DNA of 61,557 bases, the filler included, from Choristocarpus tenellus KU-1152 (Eukaryota > Protista > Phaeophyceae): assembly GCA_964200185.2 (NCBI GenBank). It is 11 parts of 11 records of this genome, joined end to end, with 100 filler letters (N's around TTAATTAATTAA, not from the genome) between each part and the next. Parts side by side here need not be neighbours in the genome. Positions count along the whole stretch, not along the records: positions 12,081 to 20,640 come from CAXNAD020004583.1; positions 20,741 to 36,628 come from CAXNAD020000915.1; 9 more parts are not named here. One strand, given 5' to 3'. The notes below the pieces were generated by a model that did no database searches, was not told the DNA's origin, and worked only from the letters and a program-made list of their open reading frames with translations. Below, piece by piece: positions 12,490 to 25,413 of the stretch; the first letter of the stretch is position 1, and each line of letters starts with the position of its first letter. A program made the translations under genes and the position numbers.

Positions 12490-13442
12490 ATATATACCGA
12501 TTGAGGTTCCTTGTTAGGCATCCTGATTCCAGTTGGGGATCTTTTGTGTGACTGAACCAAGGAATCTCTTCAATAGACCAGTCCCACAGACAGTGGACTT
12601 CTCTTCATTAGATATACCAAGCATCAAAGACTCTCTTTGCCGTCACATCTTGCTCTGATGATTCTCACTCTCATGAGATCCTTCCCGCTTTGCAGTTCTT
12701 GCACTTGTCCACCCTTACCCTCGTCCTCTCGGTTAAGTTTCGTCTTGGTATGTCTTGTCCAGTGATTCTCTTCAACACAACTATAATATGCTGGCCGCAT
12801 TTACCTCCCAACTCGTATTTAGGCTGATTGAAACGCTGATCTCATACACTCAGACCTCGTAAAACTTGATTGGGATGCCGATCACATACCATCAACCTTT
12901 AGCAAATGATATCCTGATCAGATACTCACTAGTGCCACGTTAACATAGTGCAATTAATTTTGTATTTATGAAGTTTAATGTAATGGTACAATAGTATACT
13001 AACATTTACACCTGTTTCACATTTTTCTCCCTGAGCTCACCTTCTGTTTGACTCCGAATCATGTTAACAAGGCTTCGAGGCCCATCAGAAGGGGGGGTGA
13101 TGCGGAAAGCAGAGTTGTCGGTTATCATACCATTAATGCCGTTGCTAAATACCGTTATACTGATCGAGATTCCTTGTCAACTATGCTGGGTTCCAGTGGA
13201 GGATCTTTTGTGAGACTGAACCATGAATATCTTCAAGAGATCAGTCGCACAGATAGAGGACTTCATTCAGAGATACCAAGAATCAAAGATTCTCCCTGAC
13301 TGACATGATGTTGTGTCGCTCTGATGATCTTCATTCTCATTAGATCCTCCCCACCCTGCAGTCCTTGCTCTTGCTCAACCTTACATCGTCCTCCCAGTTA
13401 CGTTTCGTCTTGGTTCGTCTTGTCTGGTGATTCTCTTCACTA
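12490..13442. repeat. Diverged ~290-bp direct repeat pair (about 12490-12775 and 13155-13442)
   Basis: Collinear shared blocks: TTCCTTGT, GGATCTTTTGTG.GACTGAACCA, ATACCAAG.ATCAAAGA, GCTCTGATGAT, GTTTCGTCTTGGT, GTGATTCTCTTCA. Confidence 0.8.
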
Positions 13443-14186
13443 CCCTTGTCTGTCAACCACATCGCCACATAATCACACCATTTACAATATTTTAACTATT
13501 TCTACTCACCTTTTTTTCTTGCACACTTGTTGCTTTCTTCTCATCTTTAGGGGGGATAAAGATAGTTTTGACGGGCACCTGCCCCTAGGGGAAAGGGGGT
13601 GGAGGGTAAAGGTAGCATTAATGCACAAGGAAGCCCAATCGGAGGTTTTGGACAAAAATTGAGGGCAAGTGGCCAAGATAGGAATAGGCAGGACAAGGGT
13701 AGACGTTCGAGTGTTTGGGCTCTTTTTATGTAAAATAGGGGTAGAGAGATAAGTCAAAGGAACTGCCTGTGTGTGTGTTAGGCATCTGAAAGAGGGAAGC
13801 GAGAGTTAATAGACTTGACCTAACATGTGGAAATGGCAGGGCAGGGATGAACATTCGAGTGCTTGACCTCTTTGCGTAAAATATATAGAAGATAGGCCTA
13901 AGTAGGAGGAGGCAAACAACATAAATTTGATGAGTTAGGCTCTTACGTGATCCAACCTGTACTTGTCATGACTAGAACAGTAGCTCAACGTTCTAATGCA
14001 AAGAAAAAAATAGGGGTACAGACATGTGATTGACAAATGGTGTAGAAACCCGTATCGTTCCATGAACGATCCAGTTGGGTGAACTCATATCAACAAGAGT
14101 ATTTAAGAAGTTAGGTTCTCCCTGTTGCATAAAGAAGAACACCATTCCTCACGTTATTTAGCAGACGTGGCAATCGGTGCTTGGAA

Positions 14187-17100
14187 ATGAATCCTCCTGA
14201 AGCTGAGCAGCGTGAATCGGCGATGACAGCATTCATTGAGGGACATATGAGGAAAGCAAAGAAACGGTCGGCTCAGAAGGGCAGGGACAACATACGAGAA
14301 AAAGTCTCTGGTGAAAAGGTGATGCAACTTTCCATATTCGATATACCCCTTGGTCTCCTGACTTCAACTCAGTCACAAGATGTTACGCTGGACCAAGACT
14401 GGAGACCAAGTATCGGTGGTTCATGTCTGATTGTGTCGTCAGCAACAGGCGTAGGTGAGCAAGAGCTGATTGTCTATCTACCATATCAGCAGTAGCGTCG
14501 ATATCTCCACCCCCTTCTTCGATCAGATAGTATCCCTGTAATCCCACCACCATTCCTTTGACTCCAATTGTAGTCATGCCCTGGTTTGTCTTTGTTGTGG
14601 TGCTGGGGGGTTTTCACGCCACTGTGGGTGGGAGGACCGTTTTGTGTCCTTTGTATCGCCTGCGAAACTGTAGATCGTGTTGTGCCACCAATACTTCCTG
14701 TCGCAACGTTGGCATGACTAGCGGTACCGCCTACGAGCACCGTCGCCAAAACCTAGTCTCCATCTGTTTCAATGGTAACCACCAGTGCATTGTCTCGTGT
14801 TCATGCTTTCCAGTCCCGCACCGCAAATGCAGTGTTATGAGTTGATTTTGATCAGTCAGTGTTAGCAAAGAAAACCTCCCCAGAATTCAAAGATGCTCAA
14901 CCTGGAAGACAGGAACCCCTACAACATCTGGCAGACGCTGCCAAGCCTTCAACGCAACCGTATCCACCATGTTGACTCTCCTGCCTCCAGTTGACAAATC
15001 CTTATCGGCAGATGCTGTCAATCCTTTCACGATTCTAGAACCAATGGTATTTCGCAGCAGTGAGAACTGGTTTAGCTTTTTTTAAAGCTTGAAATTCTTG
15101 GTAGGTAATTGTTGGGTGTTGGTATCTACAACTTCTACCTCACCAGCACTTCACGCCATTTTGAACCTTGCTCGTTCTTTTTTTTTACTTTGCTTTCTGG
15201 ATGAAAGAGTCAGGAACACCGCCCTCGGCAATTCGTGGTCTGACATGCCGATGCTGCAGATTAACCTTCAATGACCACTCAGCACAGCAAGCGCACTTCA
15301 AGTCATTGCTTCACATCACGAACCTGCGGCGTCAATTAACTGGGAAGGCTCCCTTGACCAATGTATCCTCCGTAGAAGACGATTTTTCCTCCACCCCACA
15401 GGAAAACCAAGGTGGGGATCAGCAGGTAGCAGGGGAGATGGAAGAAGTGGATGGATCTTCGTCCACAGACAGTGGAGAGGACCTCGGGACCGTTGCCGAG
15501 GCAGATGGGGATGAGATCCGGCAAACGGATGTCTTGGCTGGAGGACTACTTGTGGGGAATGAGGGTGGCAGGGATAGTGGGCTACAAGGGGTAAGAGTTG
15601 AGTTTTCTCAACATGAGGGGGCACGTGTGACATTTAATAAGCCAGACTCCGCTTGGGCATTCACACTGAGCTCGGCGGCCCTCGGGATGGAGAGGGGGTG
15701 TGACCCGTGGGAGAAACTCAATGTACTCCTAGGAGAGGGGGCTTCAAACCGCATGTGGGGTGTGCTGATATTACGCAGTGGTCGCTTTGCAGGGGCGGTG
15801 TTTGAGGGGCAGTCACTCCTCTGCCACAAGGTGTTTCGTAGGTAAGTGACTGATGAAATTATACCTGATCTTACCTAGAGGGTTAGGGTTAGTTGGGTGT
15901 CTTCGTACCAGAGTATGAACAAGTCTTTACTTGTACTTGCACCTGTGACCAAATTTCTCATCCGTCAGATACCTGCTGCTACCCTCTTCCCCCTTTGACC
16001 ATAACCTTGTGTGTGACCCCTGCCCTGGGGTATTACTATGAAGGGGGTATTGAGTCCTTACTCCTCTACCCCCAAAGCTCCATCGTTCTGAATGTATGTA
16101 TGCCTGATACACTACACCGGTCAAAGGTACACAATTCGAGCAAAGCGAGGAGGATCTCAGTCCTCCTATGACAGTGGGGGAAGAAAGGCTCAGTCTGCCG
16201 GTGCATCCCTTCGTCGCTACGGAGAGCAGTCGCTGAAAGAGGATGTTCAGGCACAACTCCGTGAATGGCGGGGTGTGCTCAAGGTGGGGAATCTTGTCGG
16301 AAGTTTCACTAATTTCGATTCACCCTTCTCTGTGCTATGCCCTGGGAGCCGGCTGTTGCATGCTCTGCAGTTGATCGGTTTCGGTGTGGACAACTCCAAA
16401 ATGGCGGTGGTATTTTTTGTTGTGGTGATTGTTTGTCTTATCTTCCTCTTCGCTTAGTTTATGAGTTTCCTCATTTGCCTCGCTTGTGCTCTTTGTATCC
16501 AATGCAAAACTAGGCGAAATGCCACATGAACTGATGTTAGAGGTGTCGGGGTTTGATGCCAAGCCTTAACTACGAGAGGGTGCTGTGTGACTCTCTGGAG
16601 CTCTATCCAACTTGGATCATAATTGGACAGTGACGGGCGATGGATGACCTGGAAATGAAATGGCACAACAGGGTATACAGAAATTGGTCTTCCCCCTGAA
16701 ACACTGTGTTCTTGATTTGCCTCTCTAAGTGGGTGACCTCTAACAAAGTAGCTTGGCGTGAAATCTTCTCTCCCTCCCCTGCCCCGCCCTCGACCCCTCC
16801 AACAAATATCGTTTGTGCGCAGGCATGTCGTGTGATACTAACCTCCATCCCAAAGGCCATGCGTTCGATAGTCTATGACGGCAAGGACCCCTCCCTCCAC
16901 AAGGGAGATAAGAGGATTCGCTCGGTGCCCTTTGCCGTGGGCAAGCCCACTCTCGACGAGGTGGTTTTGGTCCATGCCAAGATAACCTCTATCCTCTTCC
17001 AAGAGACAGCAGGAGCGGGGGCTGGTCTTTCGAAATCATCAGAGGTAGAGAAGGCGAGGGAGTCTCCGAAGAGGGACGTAATGATGGGAGTTCCAGAGGA

Positions 17101-18818
17101 AGAGGAAGCACTTGCAAAGTGCTCTGTACTTGGTGCTATGTGTGCTGGCGCACCTCCTATTCCGCTTTCCCCCCAGGAGGATCTGTGCCCACAATCTGTC
17201 CGTCTCCTTGAAGCCTGCGAGAATGGTAATGTTGCAAGTGTTACGACCATCCTTGATGGTCTCACATTGGACAATGAGGGAGGAGTGAATGTTGCGGAAT
17301 GGGCCAGGGGGGGCGAGAGCGAGAGCATCAGAACGGGTAGCCTATCTAGGACCCAGGGTACAGACAAAGGGGAGAGTTCCAGGGGGGGACAGCAGCAGCC
17401 CTCGTCCTACAAGGACCGAGCCAAGGAGACCAATGCTGTTTATAACGACCATGGCGCGACAGAGACATTAGGGACCTCACCGTGGACACCGACTGATGTT
17501 GTGAATCGCCCTGATGGTTTAGAGCGCCTGATGACTCCGCTCCATGTGGCAGCTGCTGGTGGGCACGTGACATTGATCTCGGTTCTGCTGGATCGGGGAG
17601 CAGATCCAGGGTTACAGGATGTACAGGGGCGTGTGCCTTATGTACTGGCTCGTGAAAAGGAGGTGCGGGATGCTTTCAGGAGGGCAAGGGCAGCAGCACC
17701 AGAACTGTGGGATTGGGACAGGGCCAGGGTGCCAGAGCCTCTGACTGATGTGAGGAATGGTTATTCCTCGTGTATGGAGTGCTTTCTGCTACCTCATGGT
17801 AGTGGGTGCCTGTATTGGGGTGGGGACGAAGGACTGGGGTATGCGGCGGGCACGGGTTTTGTTGCGGAATGGTTAGCTTTGGATAAGTGGATGATTTATT
17901 GTTGGGTGAGGAGATTGTTTGCTGGGGGTAAAAGGTTTGGTGATGTTACTGTTGAGCTCCCCTGGAGTGTTTCGTGTCTTGCTTGATCGACCTTGTAGCT
18001 GTTGTTGCATAACCCCCCACATGTTATGTGTGGCCCGACTTCGACGCATATATGACACTGTGTTTTTTCTTGTAGTAGGTGCTAGACAAGTTTCCCTTTT
18101 TGTAGTTTGTGCGCGTTGTGTTTGTCTTGCTCCGAAGGGCTTTTGGGTAGGAGCAGTGGGATATGGAGAACCTTTTTTTAATTATTTTTATTGATGTTTG
18201 CGTGAATGCTATTGGTAGGAGCTTGAGCAGCGGCGGAAGGAGAAGGAGAGGGAAAAGAAGAGGAGGGCAAGGCAGCGCAAAAAGGAAGGGAAAGAACTTG
18301 CCCTGAAGCAGGAACAGGAAAGGAAGGTCAGTGTTTTCTTTTATGCGTATTCCACGCCGTTTGTAGTGCATGCTGTGTACGTGTTCATGTTGTGTGTGGA
18401 GAGGGGGAGTTCGTTGAGGGTGTGCAGCAGCCCGTGGCGTGGCTGTTGGAAGGGATGTTGTGATGGGAAAAAGGTCAGAGGTTGACAGGAGTAGTGTTGG
18501 CACAAGGGGTAGGATTAGGTAGTGCAAGCGAAGATCCGGGCAATGCTTGTAAGCTGCTGACAATTTGGTTTTGTTTTGTTGCTGCCTTCCTTGTTTGTTG
18601 TTTGATAGGAGGGGGAAGAGGCGGAGGCTGCTCGGAGGAGGGAGCTGAAGTTGGCAGCAGCAGGATGTTGTGATGGCTGTGGGGAGTGCCTGGTGGACAA
18701 GAAAGCGTTTAGTCGATATGACTTCCGCTATTGCTCAGCAGTGTGTATACAGGCTCACAAGCGAAAGCTTGCTGCAGATGCAGCTGAACGAAGGACCAGG
18801 AATCATGGTGGCACTTGA
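14187..18818 (+). CDS. ANKZF1: tRNA endonuclease ANKZF1/Vms1 (ribosome quality control), 6 exons, apparently complete
   Basis: Exons 14187-14454, 15208-15841, 16127-16283, 16823-17749, 18219-18326 and 18609-18818 join in phase. Motifs: LSIFDIP N-terminal motif; C2H2 finger (CRCC..HFKSLLHITNLRR); VLRF1 domain (SGRFAGAVF..HKVFRRYTIRAKRGGSQS..AQSAGASLRRYGE); ankyrin repeat (TPLHVAAAGGH); WDWDRARVPEPL; coiled coil; C-terminal treble-clef (CDGCG..FRYCSAVCIQAH). The start codon is uncertain. Confidence 0.93.
14600..14760 (-). mobile_element. Possible relic of an LTR-retrotransposon integrase zinc-binding region in ANKZF1 intron 1
   Basis: The minus frame reads AVPLVMPTLRQEVLVAQHDLQF.., resembling Ty3/Gypsy 'LVVP..LRQEVL...HD....GH'. 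Short and disrupted. Confidence 0.3.
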
Positions 18819-20740
18819 TGAGTGGTTTTGTTTCTACAATATTCAATTTTGAAGCTTTTGAAATAAGGAGCTTTTGTCTTGTGAGCTGTGAATACCCTTT
18901 GAGAGAGTTCTGTGAAATAAACCCTGTCCCTATCCCTGACCTTTCTTTTGGGGGATGGGGAAGGATGGAGAGCAAATGTGCCCTATCGGGTGAATGTGAT
19001 GTAAGAACATTTCTATCGGGTATTTAAGTGTTTCCTTTTGAATGTACCTTGCCCCCTACTCCCTCGCTCTTGACGTTGCGCACACCCCTCCTCTAGAGTA
19101 GATTGATGCAGAATGAAGTACAGAGATAATTATATCTCTCCTTGTGTATGTATATTTTAGTGTACATACTATTATGATTTTTTTATAGTATAGTTCTAGT
19201 ATCGTCTAGTTCTGCAGTTTTATCTTCATGTGGGGAGCTCATACTGTCATAGGTCGATGTACGAGATATACCTATTGAGGTTACAATCGCTCTGAAAGAA
19301 GGTCAGATAGTCATCCCATGGGAAACAATGTAGAAAAACTAGCCTTGGGGACAAATATTAATCTGGGACTACCAATGTGGATGACAAAAGGATTTTGAAT
19401 GCTAGTGTTTAGAAGAGAAGTGACCATAACATTCTTGACATTCTTGTTCACAGAGAGTGATGTTGGGCATTTCTTGTTGGTGTGACCTTTTAGGAGATAG
19501 TCTTAGCTTTGTTCTTGAAGACGGCAGTACCTCTATCAGAAGAGTCCAGTCTTAGTTTTGTGCATGAAAACAGCAGTACCTTCATCAGAAAAATGTGTGT
19601 GCAGGTGAGTTCGAGAGGAGAAGGAATGAGGGACCTCGGAGAAGAGGTGATATATTCAGAGAAGAATGCTCTTGTGTGTGAAAGGGTGCTTGTATACTCC
19701 GACACACTGGGAATAGAATGTGTTGTCATTTCTGTTCCAAAATTTACAAATTGTACATTCCTTTATGTATTGTCCGGAAAAAGGCAAAAAAGAGTTGCTT
19801 AGTTCTTAAAGCTCTTCCCTAGAATCGATATGTTGGGGTAAATTGTACCTCCTCTTGGCTTTTTTTAAGTTTACAAGACGTTTTCCTTTATGGTATGGTG
19901 TTAAACAGGTTAGAATATTTCAACACTGCCATGCCCTGGAGAGCAGCTATGGCAATGTTACGGGCCAGCCTAATAATGTAGTGCTAATAGCTTCTTACCA
20001 AACCTAACAACAATCTACTGGGATAGGGTTAGGGTTAGAAACGTGGAGTTAGAGTGCAACGCATTGTATCAAGCCCACCAGGTCAAGAATCATACAGACT
20101 GTCTCGAGCTATACCTCTAATGAACAATACCAAACAAGATGCTGATCTTGTTACACAGCATTGGTCAAACTCTTGTTGTAACCATTGTACTGTATCAGTA
20201 TGTGACCCGTCTATTTGCACGAGCTATTTGCTGTTAATCTTGAGTCTTTCTTCCAGTAAGAATCACCGAATTGAGTTGATGTCAGTGTGTAGTGGAGTCC
20301 ACGCGGTGGGGTAGATGATCATTATTCCGATGACATTTCTGTGTTGTGCCAAAGGTAACTCTTAAAGGTTGAAGTACAGAGATGTATCAATAGTACTCGT
20401 TGTACGTCTAAATCGATGGGACTCCAGGGGTTACCACATCATCAGTGTGCACACAGCGTACTTGATTCAACATGACCGAAAAATTCAATTTACTCTCACA
20501 GTAGTCACGTCAATAAATGTTCCATATTTTAAAAGAGCAATGCTTGAAGATATAGTGATACACTTCCTCACCCTGTACGACCAACATCCTTCAAATTGCT
20601 TCTCCCCCTCTGGAAAGGTCCACCCCTCCATTCTTATATGNNNNNNNNNNNNNNNNNNNNNNNNNNNNNNNNNNNNNNNNNNNNTTAATTAATTAANNNN
20701 NNNNNNNNNNNNNNNNNNNNNNNNNNNNNNNNNNNNNNNN

Positions 20741-20767
20741 CCCCCCCCCCTCAGATACTTTGGGTCC
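20741..20767. mobile_element. MITE family A right terminal repeat at contig start (another at 46041-46072)
   Basis: poly-C followed by CAGATACTTTGGGTC, matching the right terminal repeat. Confidence 0.7.
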
Positions 20768-22752
20768 ACGGCCTACTACATTTCCTTGCGATGTGAGTAA
20801 ATTGTGGTCTCTCTGACAACTGACCTGCAGAACAGGTCGTGGTGGATTCCTCTGCTTGGTAGTGATCTGTTTCAGAGCAGAGATGCTCGTTCTCTTGCTG
20901 TAGCTGAATAATTCCAGCAAACGAAAACATAATCGGTGTGATTGACCTGAAGTGTGAGAAGGTCCTGAAGCCATGCTGGAGGAGCATTATTGGATTAGGC
21001 ACATTTATTGACAAGAAGATGGACTATGTATCTGGGCAGGGTATCAACAAACCTCTTCTGTGATTCTGCCGCTTTTCAAGCCAAAGATTGCATCGAGGAT
21101 CTTCAGGAATCACAGGACACCATCCTGTGAATATGTCCCAATCACCAGAGCCAACACAACTCCCGAGGGATGGAAGGCCGTTTGGTCTACCCCTACAATC
21201 CACCTGAGGATGTGGGTAGATCTTCGTCGACAATCCACAGATTAAGATCCATCAAATGGCGACGAAGCATTGTATGAGAGTAACTCAGGTTCATTGCTTG
21301 TGGGAGAATCCATACGCTCAATGTTGTTGCTGCTGCCGGTGTCTGGTTATTGAGCTCGGTATATTTTAGAGTGTTTGAAGTCTTGCTCATCACCTTACGC
21401 TCGAATTCACCCATGTCACCAATGTGAGTTGTGTGTTTCTGAGGCGATATGATTCACTCAGACAAGGGCGGTGAAGGGAACCACTGGGCAAGATAGACCA
21501 GCTGAACCAAGGCAAACCAAACCCGACAGCATTATTAGGTACGGCTGGACAAGTGTGGAGAGTGGAGCGGTGGATCACGATTCAGACAGAGGGTCTTCAA
21601 AAGGACCCCTCAGCATTTGGTCGCTCTGAAGATCCTTTACTGTGAAACCTGGGTTCTGTACCAGGGTTGTTCACTGGACTATTTACCAGAGCTCTTGAAA
21701 AAACAGTGTGATGGTAGATATTACCCAGCCATATATAAATAAATAAAATAAATGAGAGGTACCCAGTTTTTGGCGGTTTTTTATTATAACCCAGTTTTTC
21801 AACCTTTTCCTATTGACGAATATTTGAATGGAAGAAGTGCTAAGTTTTACTTAAGAGCGTTGATTTCTCTATTGTTTAAATTTTTATTGCAGAAATAAGA
21901 AAATATCCCAGACACACCTAAAGAAAATATCGAATTTTGCATGTGCATGTCAGCATCCTTAAAATACAACTCTGCGTACCTCTCGTTCACTCTGACATTA
22001 ACGAAAGGAATGTTAACGGACAACTCTCCTTTCCACTTATGATCTGTCATCCTTGTTCTACACGATCGTTTAGGAGGAGTCTTAAACTTCATTACGTCTT
22101 CAACAATGAGACAGTAGGTTGAGTTTGTCACTAGGGTCTTGGTTATCCGATAATATATTCTCGGATCGTGTGTCAAAGCATCACCACATACATAAAATTC
22201 GAATGGAGATCAGTGCTGACCTTTTGGTTGTGAGAACCTCTCACACAAATATGAATGGTGCTCGAGTTTATCTGTTCGGAACGAGTAATTCAAAATTGCA
22301 AAGGCTCCTCTCATGACCTTGTTCAGTTTCAATCCACACGCGACCCCTAGACCTCCCCAGCCTTGCAGGTAAGATATGCGTGTACCTCAGCAAACACAAA
22401 GCTTTATAGGACACATTTGGACCCAGTGTGCACTCCCTTCCTCCCTTTGTACTTGCTCCTGTCGGTCAGTGCTTGTCAACCCTTCACACCATCCTCCTGA
22501 TGGAACGTAAGAATTACCCCCCTACCCCTACTGAATTGATCAGTACATGAAACCGCAATCACGGCAACCTTGTCTTGCCCTATCTACGTCCGTTTCTTGA
22601 CCATTATGCCAATGTCGTGCCCTTGCCTTTTGCCTTACCCTCAAACTTTCCCACCTCTTTCTTTGAAGGACATGCATTGGGTCGAGATGCAGAGACCAGG
22701 AAGTGAGAGCCTCAAGTGATTCACAACCTTGACGAGACACTTAATCATAAAC

Positions 22753-22932
22753 AGACCCAAATTATCTGGGGGGGGAGGGAGGGTCTACACTTGGGTGTCT
22801 ATTTGGCCATAGCCAGGAAAAGTGCACTTACATTATCCATCCGACGTATGCAACCAAATCACACAAAAATCGCGACATGAAAAAATTGGCTCCAAATGGA
22901 CAGCCGCGACCCCCCACCAGATACTTTGAGCC
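22753..22932. mobile_element. MITE family A copy
   Basis: AGACCCAAATTATCTGGGGG...CCCCACCAGATACTTTGAGCC. Internal GGAAAAGTGCACTT..CACAAAAATCGCGACATGAAAAAATTGG..CAAATGGACAGCCGC is shared with the other copies. Confidence 0.85.
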
Positions 22933-23939
22933 AACATCCTTGGTGTGTTCAAAATGTGTAGCATGAGCGTAAGAGAAGAGAGTCATACTTGTGATACTTA
23001 TTGGTGAAGTGGACATAGAGGTCGTCATCAAGTCAATTTGAGGTAAAGGCTTCCTCGAACAGTTCACTTTTCCGTCATAGTTGATTAACTACCTGCTCAT
23101 CACCGACGAGGGTAACATCAAAACCATGGACGCTTTCACATCTCTCCTACATTTTAAGGTTTAAGAGTTTATTATTGAAGGGGTAAATTGACTCTGGTTT
23201 GGAGTGTAACAGAACTCTACATTTTAATGAGCTTAAGAAAGAAATCTGTGACTCAAGGTAGAGATCCTAGGACTGGCAGGGGCTGTAGTAGGCCAGAACA
23301 CCATTGTGTGGATAAACGATGGCAACAGAGACATCCTCTGGGTCGCTACTTACAGAGTTTCGAAGGGAAATGGCCCATGTACCTATGGGAGCCATGGTCT
23401 CATGCATGCTACATGCACTTCCAACTATGTCCCCAAGCAGCAGGAACTGGTCTGGTGTCACCAGCTACTCAACAGCTTGGAGGTGGAAGAGAGGGAGACT
23501 TTTTAAGTGCAGTGGTTGCAGGAATTGCTCCATTCTTCATTATAGTAACCATGCTCACGACGAACTTCGTAATAATACTGGCAGACAAGCGCATCCCCAT
23601 CTCCAATGCTCTCAAAATGTAATTTAATTGTTGCTCACATCGTCAACATCACGGCAGATTAGACCTTAATACTGGTGTCTTTGCCATAATGAGCTAGGAT
23701 CACCTACAGAAAAATTGAGCTTTGTTCCAGTTCACATGAATATAAAATGTTAAGCATAGCTGCGATAATATGTTTATTCATATAATTTCGTGGCTACTTG
23801 TTACTAAAGTGGTCTTCCTTACGAGCACAATAAACCATTCTTTTAAAAATGCAACAATAGTTACAGTGCAAGAGAGACACACTTTTGGTAAGGGCTATCA
23901 AATCCCGTCTATGATAGAATCTGTCATAACAGTAGTACC

Positions 23940-24072
23940 TCTAGACGTGTCATGCGTTTTAAGCTAGAGACACCGAGGAGATGGGTAAGGAGGGGCTTCT
24001 TAGATTCTTGGGATGCTTCCTTACCTCCTCACCCTGGGGTGTAGGGCTAAGCTAGGTTGGAGGCACAGAAGG
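23940..24072 (-). repeat. Dispersed repeat family B, longest copy in the window
   Basis: Overlaps both the 3670 and 12081 fragments in reverse complement. Confidence 0.75.
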
Positions 24073-25413
24073 GTAGTGGTGTAGCATGGCTGGTCTGAAA
24101 ATAGTAAATAGAAAAAATGTATTTCACATTTACGACAACTGTTACTCTTTTAGGGTTCTAATGTTTGAATGGTTTTTCCCCTGACACATCTCCAAAATGT
24201 CGGAGGGCTTAATTAAGGGCAATCATTGTAGGCCGGTACTTACCATACATCACTACAAACAATGATCACTTTTCTTCTTTAGTTTCAACTCCTATAATAT
24301 TATGTCTATTGTATCTCAAGCTCACCCATCTCTTTCACTCAACTTTAATCCCCTCTCTCAATGAATCCAAACGAAGAGCCTCGCTCAGATCCCAACCCTC
24401 CTCTGGTTGCCGTGGAGGGAAGGCGACAGCATACTACAAACTGTGACACCTCATACACTCATCAATTGATGAGTGAGGTGCAATGAATACATTACTCGAG
24501 GGTCATGTTCAATTACCTCTTACTCAGCATGCGGCAGCCTTTGAGCAAAACAGTGTTCGAGCATGCCCATTCAACAAAACAACTGCTTTTGAAGTATGCG
24601 AGACATTAGCGATCTGCGGTTCACATGCAAGTTGCTTATGTTTATGCTGCTGAAGCAAACTGCAACTGGCGCAAATAGGGATAAATCTAACTTGCTCTTG
24701 GGGATGGGAGCAGGGCATGGTGGGGGACAGGAAGTAGCTATGATGCAGCCTATGCATAGCTAGGTATACATCAAAGTCTCCTCTCATACACAAATAAACA
24801 CAAACAGAAAAACACAAATGCAGCCACTTGAACAACAACAAGCAGCTAGCGAGCCTGTCGTTTTCATCCTATTGTCGGGATACTTGTCCTCTCCAAGAGA
24901 CAATATGGAATAGTAACAAAAATATCTCAAGCAAAGACCTCTTTAGCAAAAAGTAGACAAAAATTTGCCCACAATCCAGCCTGTCAACCACCTCTAACAG
25001 GAAAGTTTTTCAAGAGTTAGCAAATACCAAACCAGTAAATAAAACAATATTGAGAAAGAGGAAGATAGGGCGGCAGGAGTCCACAACTGCTCATATTTGC
25101 CTTCTATGCCATCAGCCTCATACTACCCCAAAACCCCAAGCATAAAGCATAAGATGAAAGGAGATGCAATAGGACATTGCGAGTCCAGGTCAAATCCCCA
25201 TACCTCCCCTCCCCAATAGTCTCACCAGTCAATAACAAACCAACTGAGGGCCATCCCCCCACGCAAACCCTCCTCAAACAGCTACTATAATAACAGACCT
25301 TCAACAAACAACAGGATAGCTCAAGAAATCAACAATAAAGTGAACAGTAACAACCCATCAAGAGGCAACACACAACAACCGACGGATTTCTCTGCTGCTC
25401 AGGGCAAAACTCC

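Noticed and set aside
16873-18563. Minus-strand ORFs of 164 aa and 179 aa
   Set aside because: They are antisense shadows of ANKZF1 exons and introns.
19300-23700. Complex non-genic sequence that may be old transposon debris
   Set aside because: I could read no recognisable RT, integrase or transposase motif with confidence.
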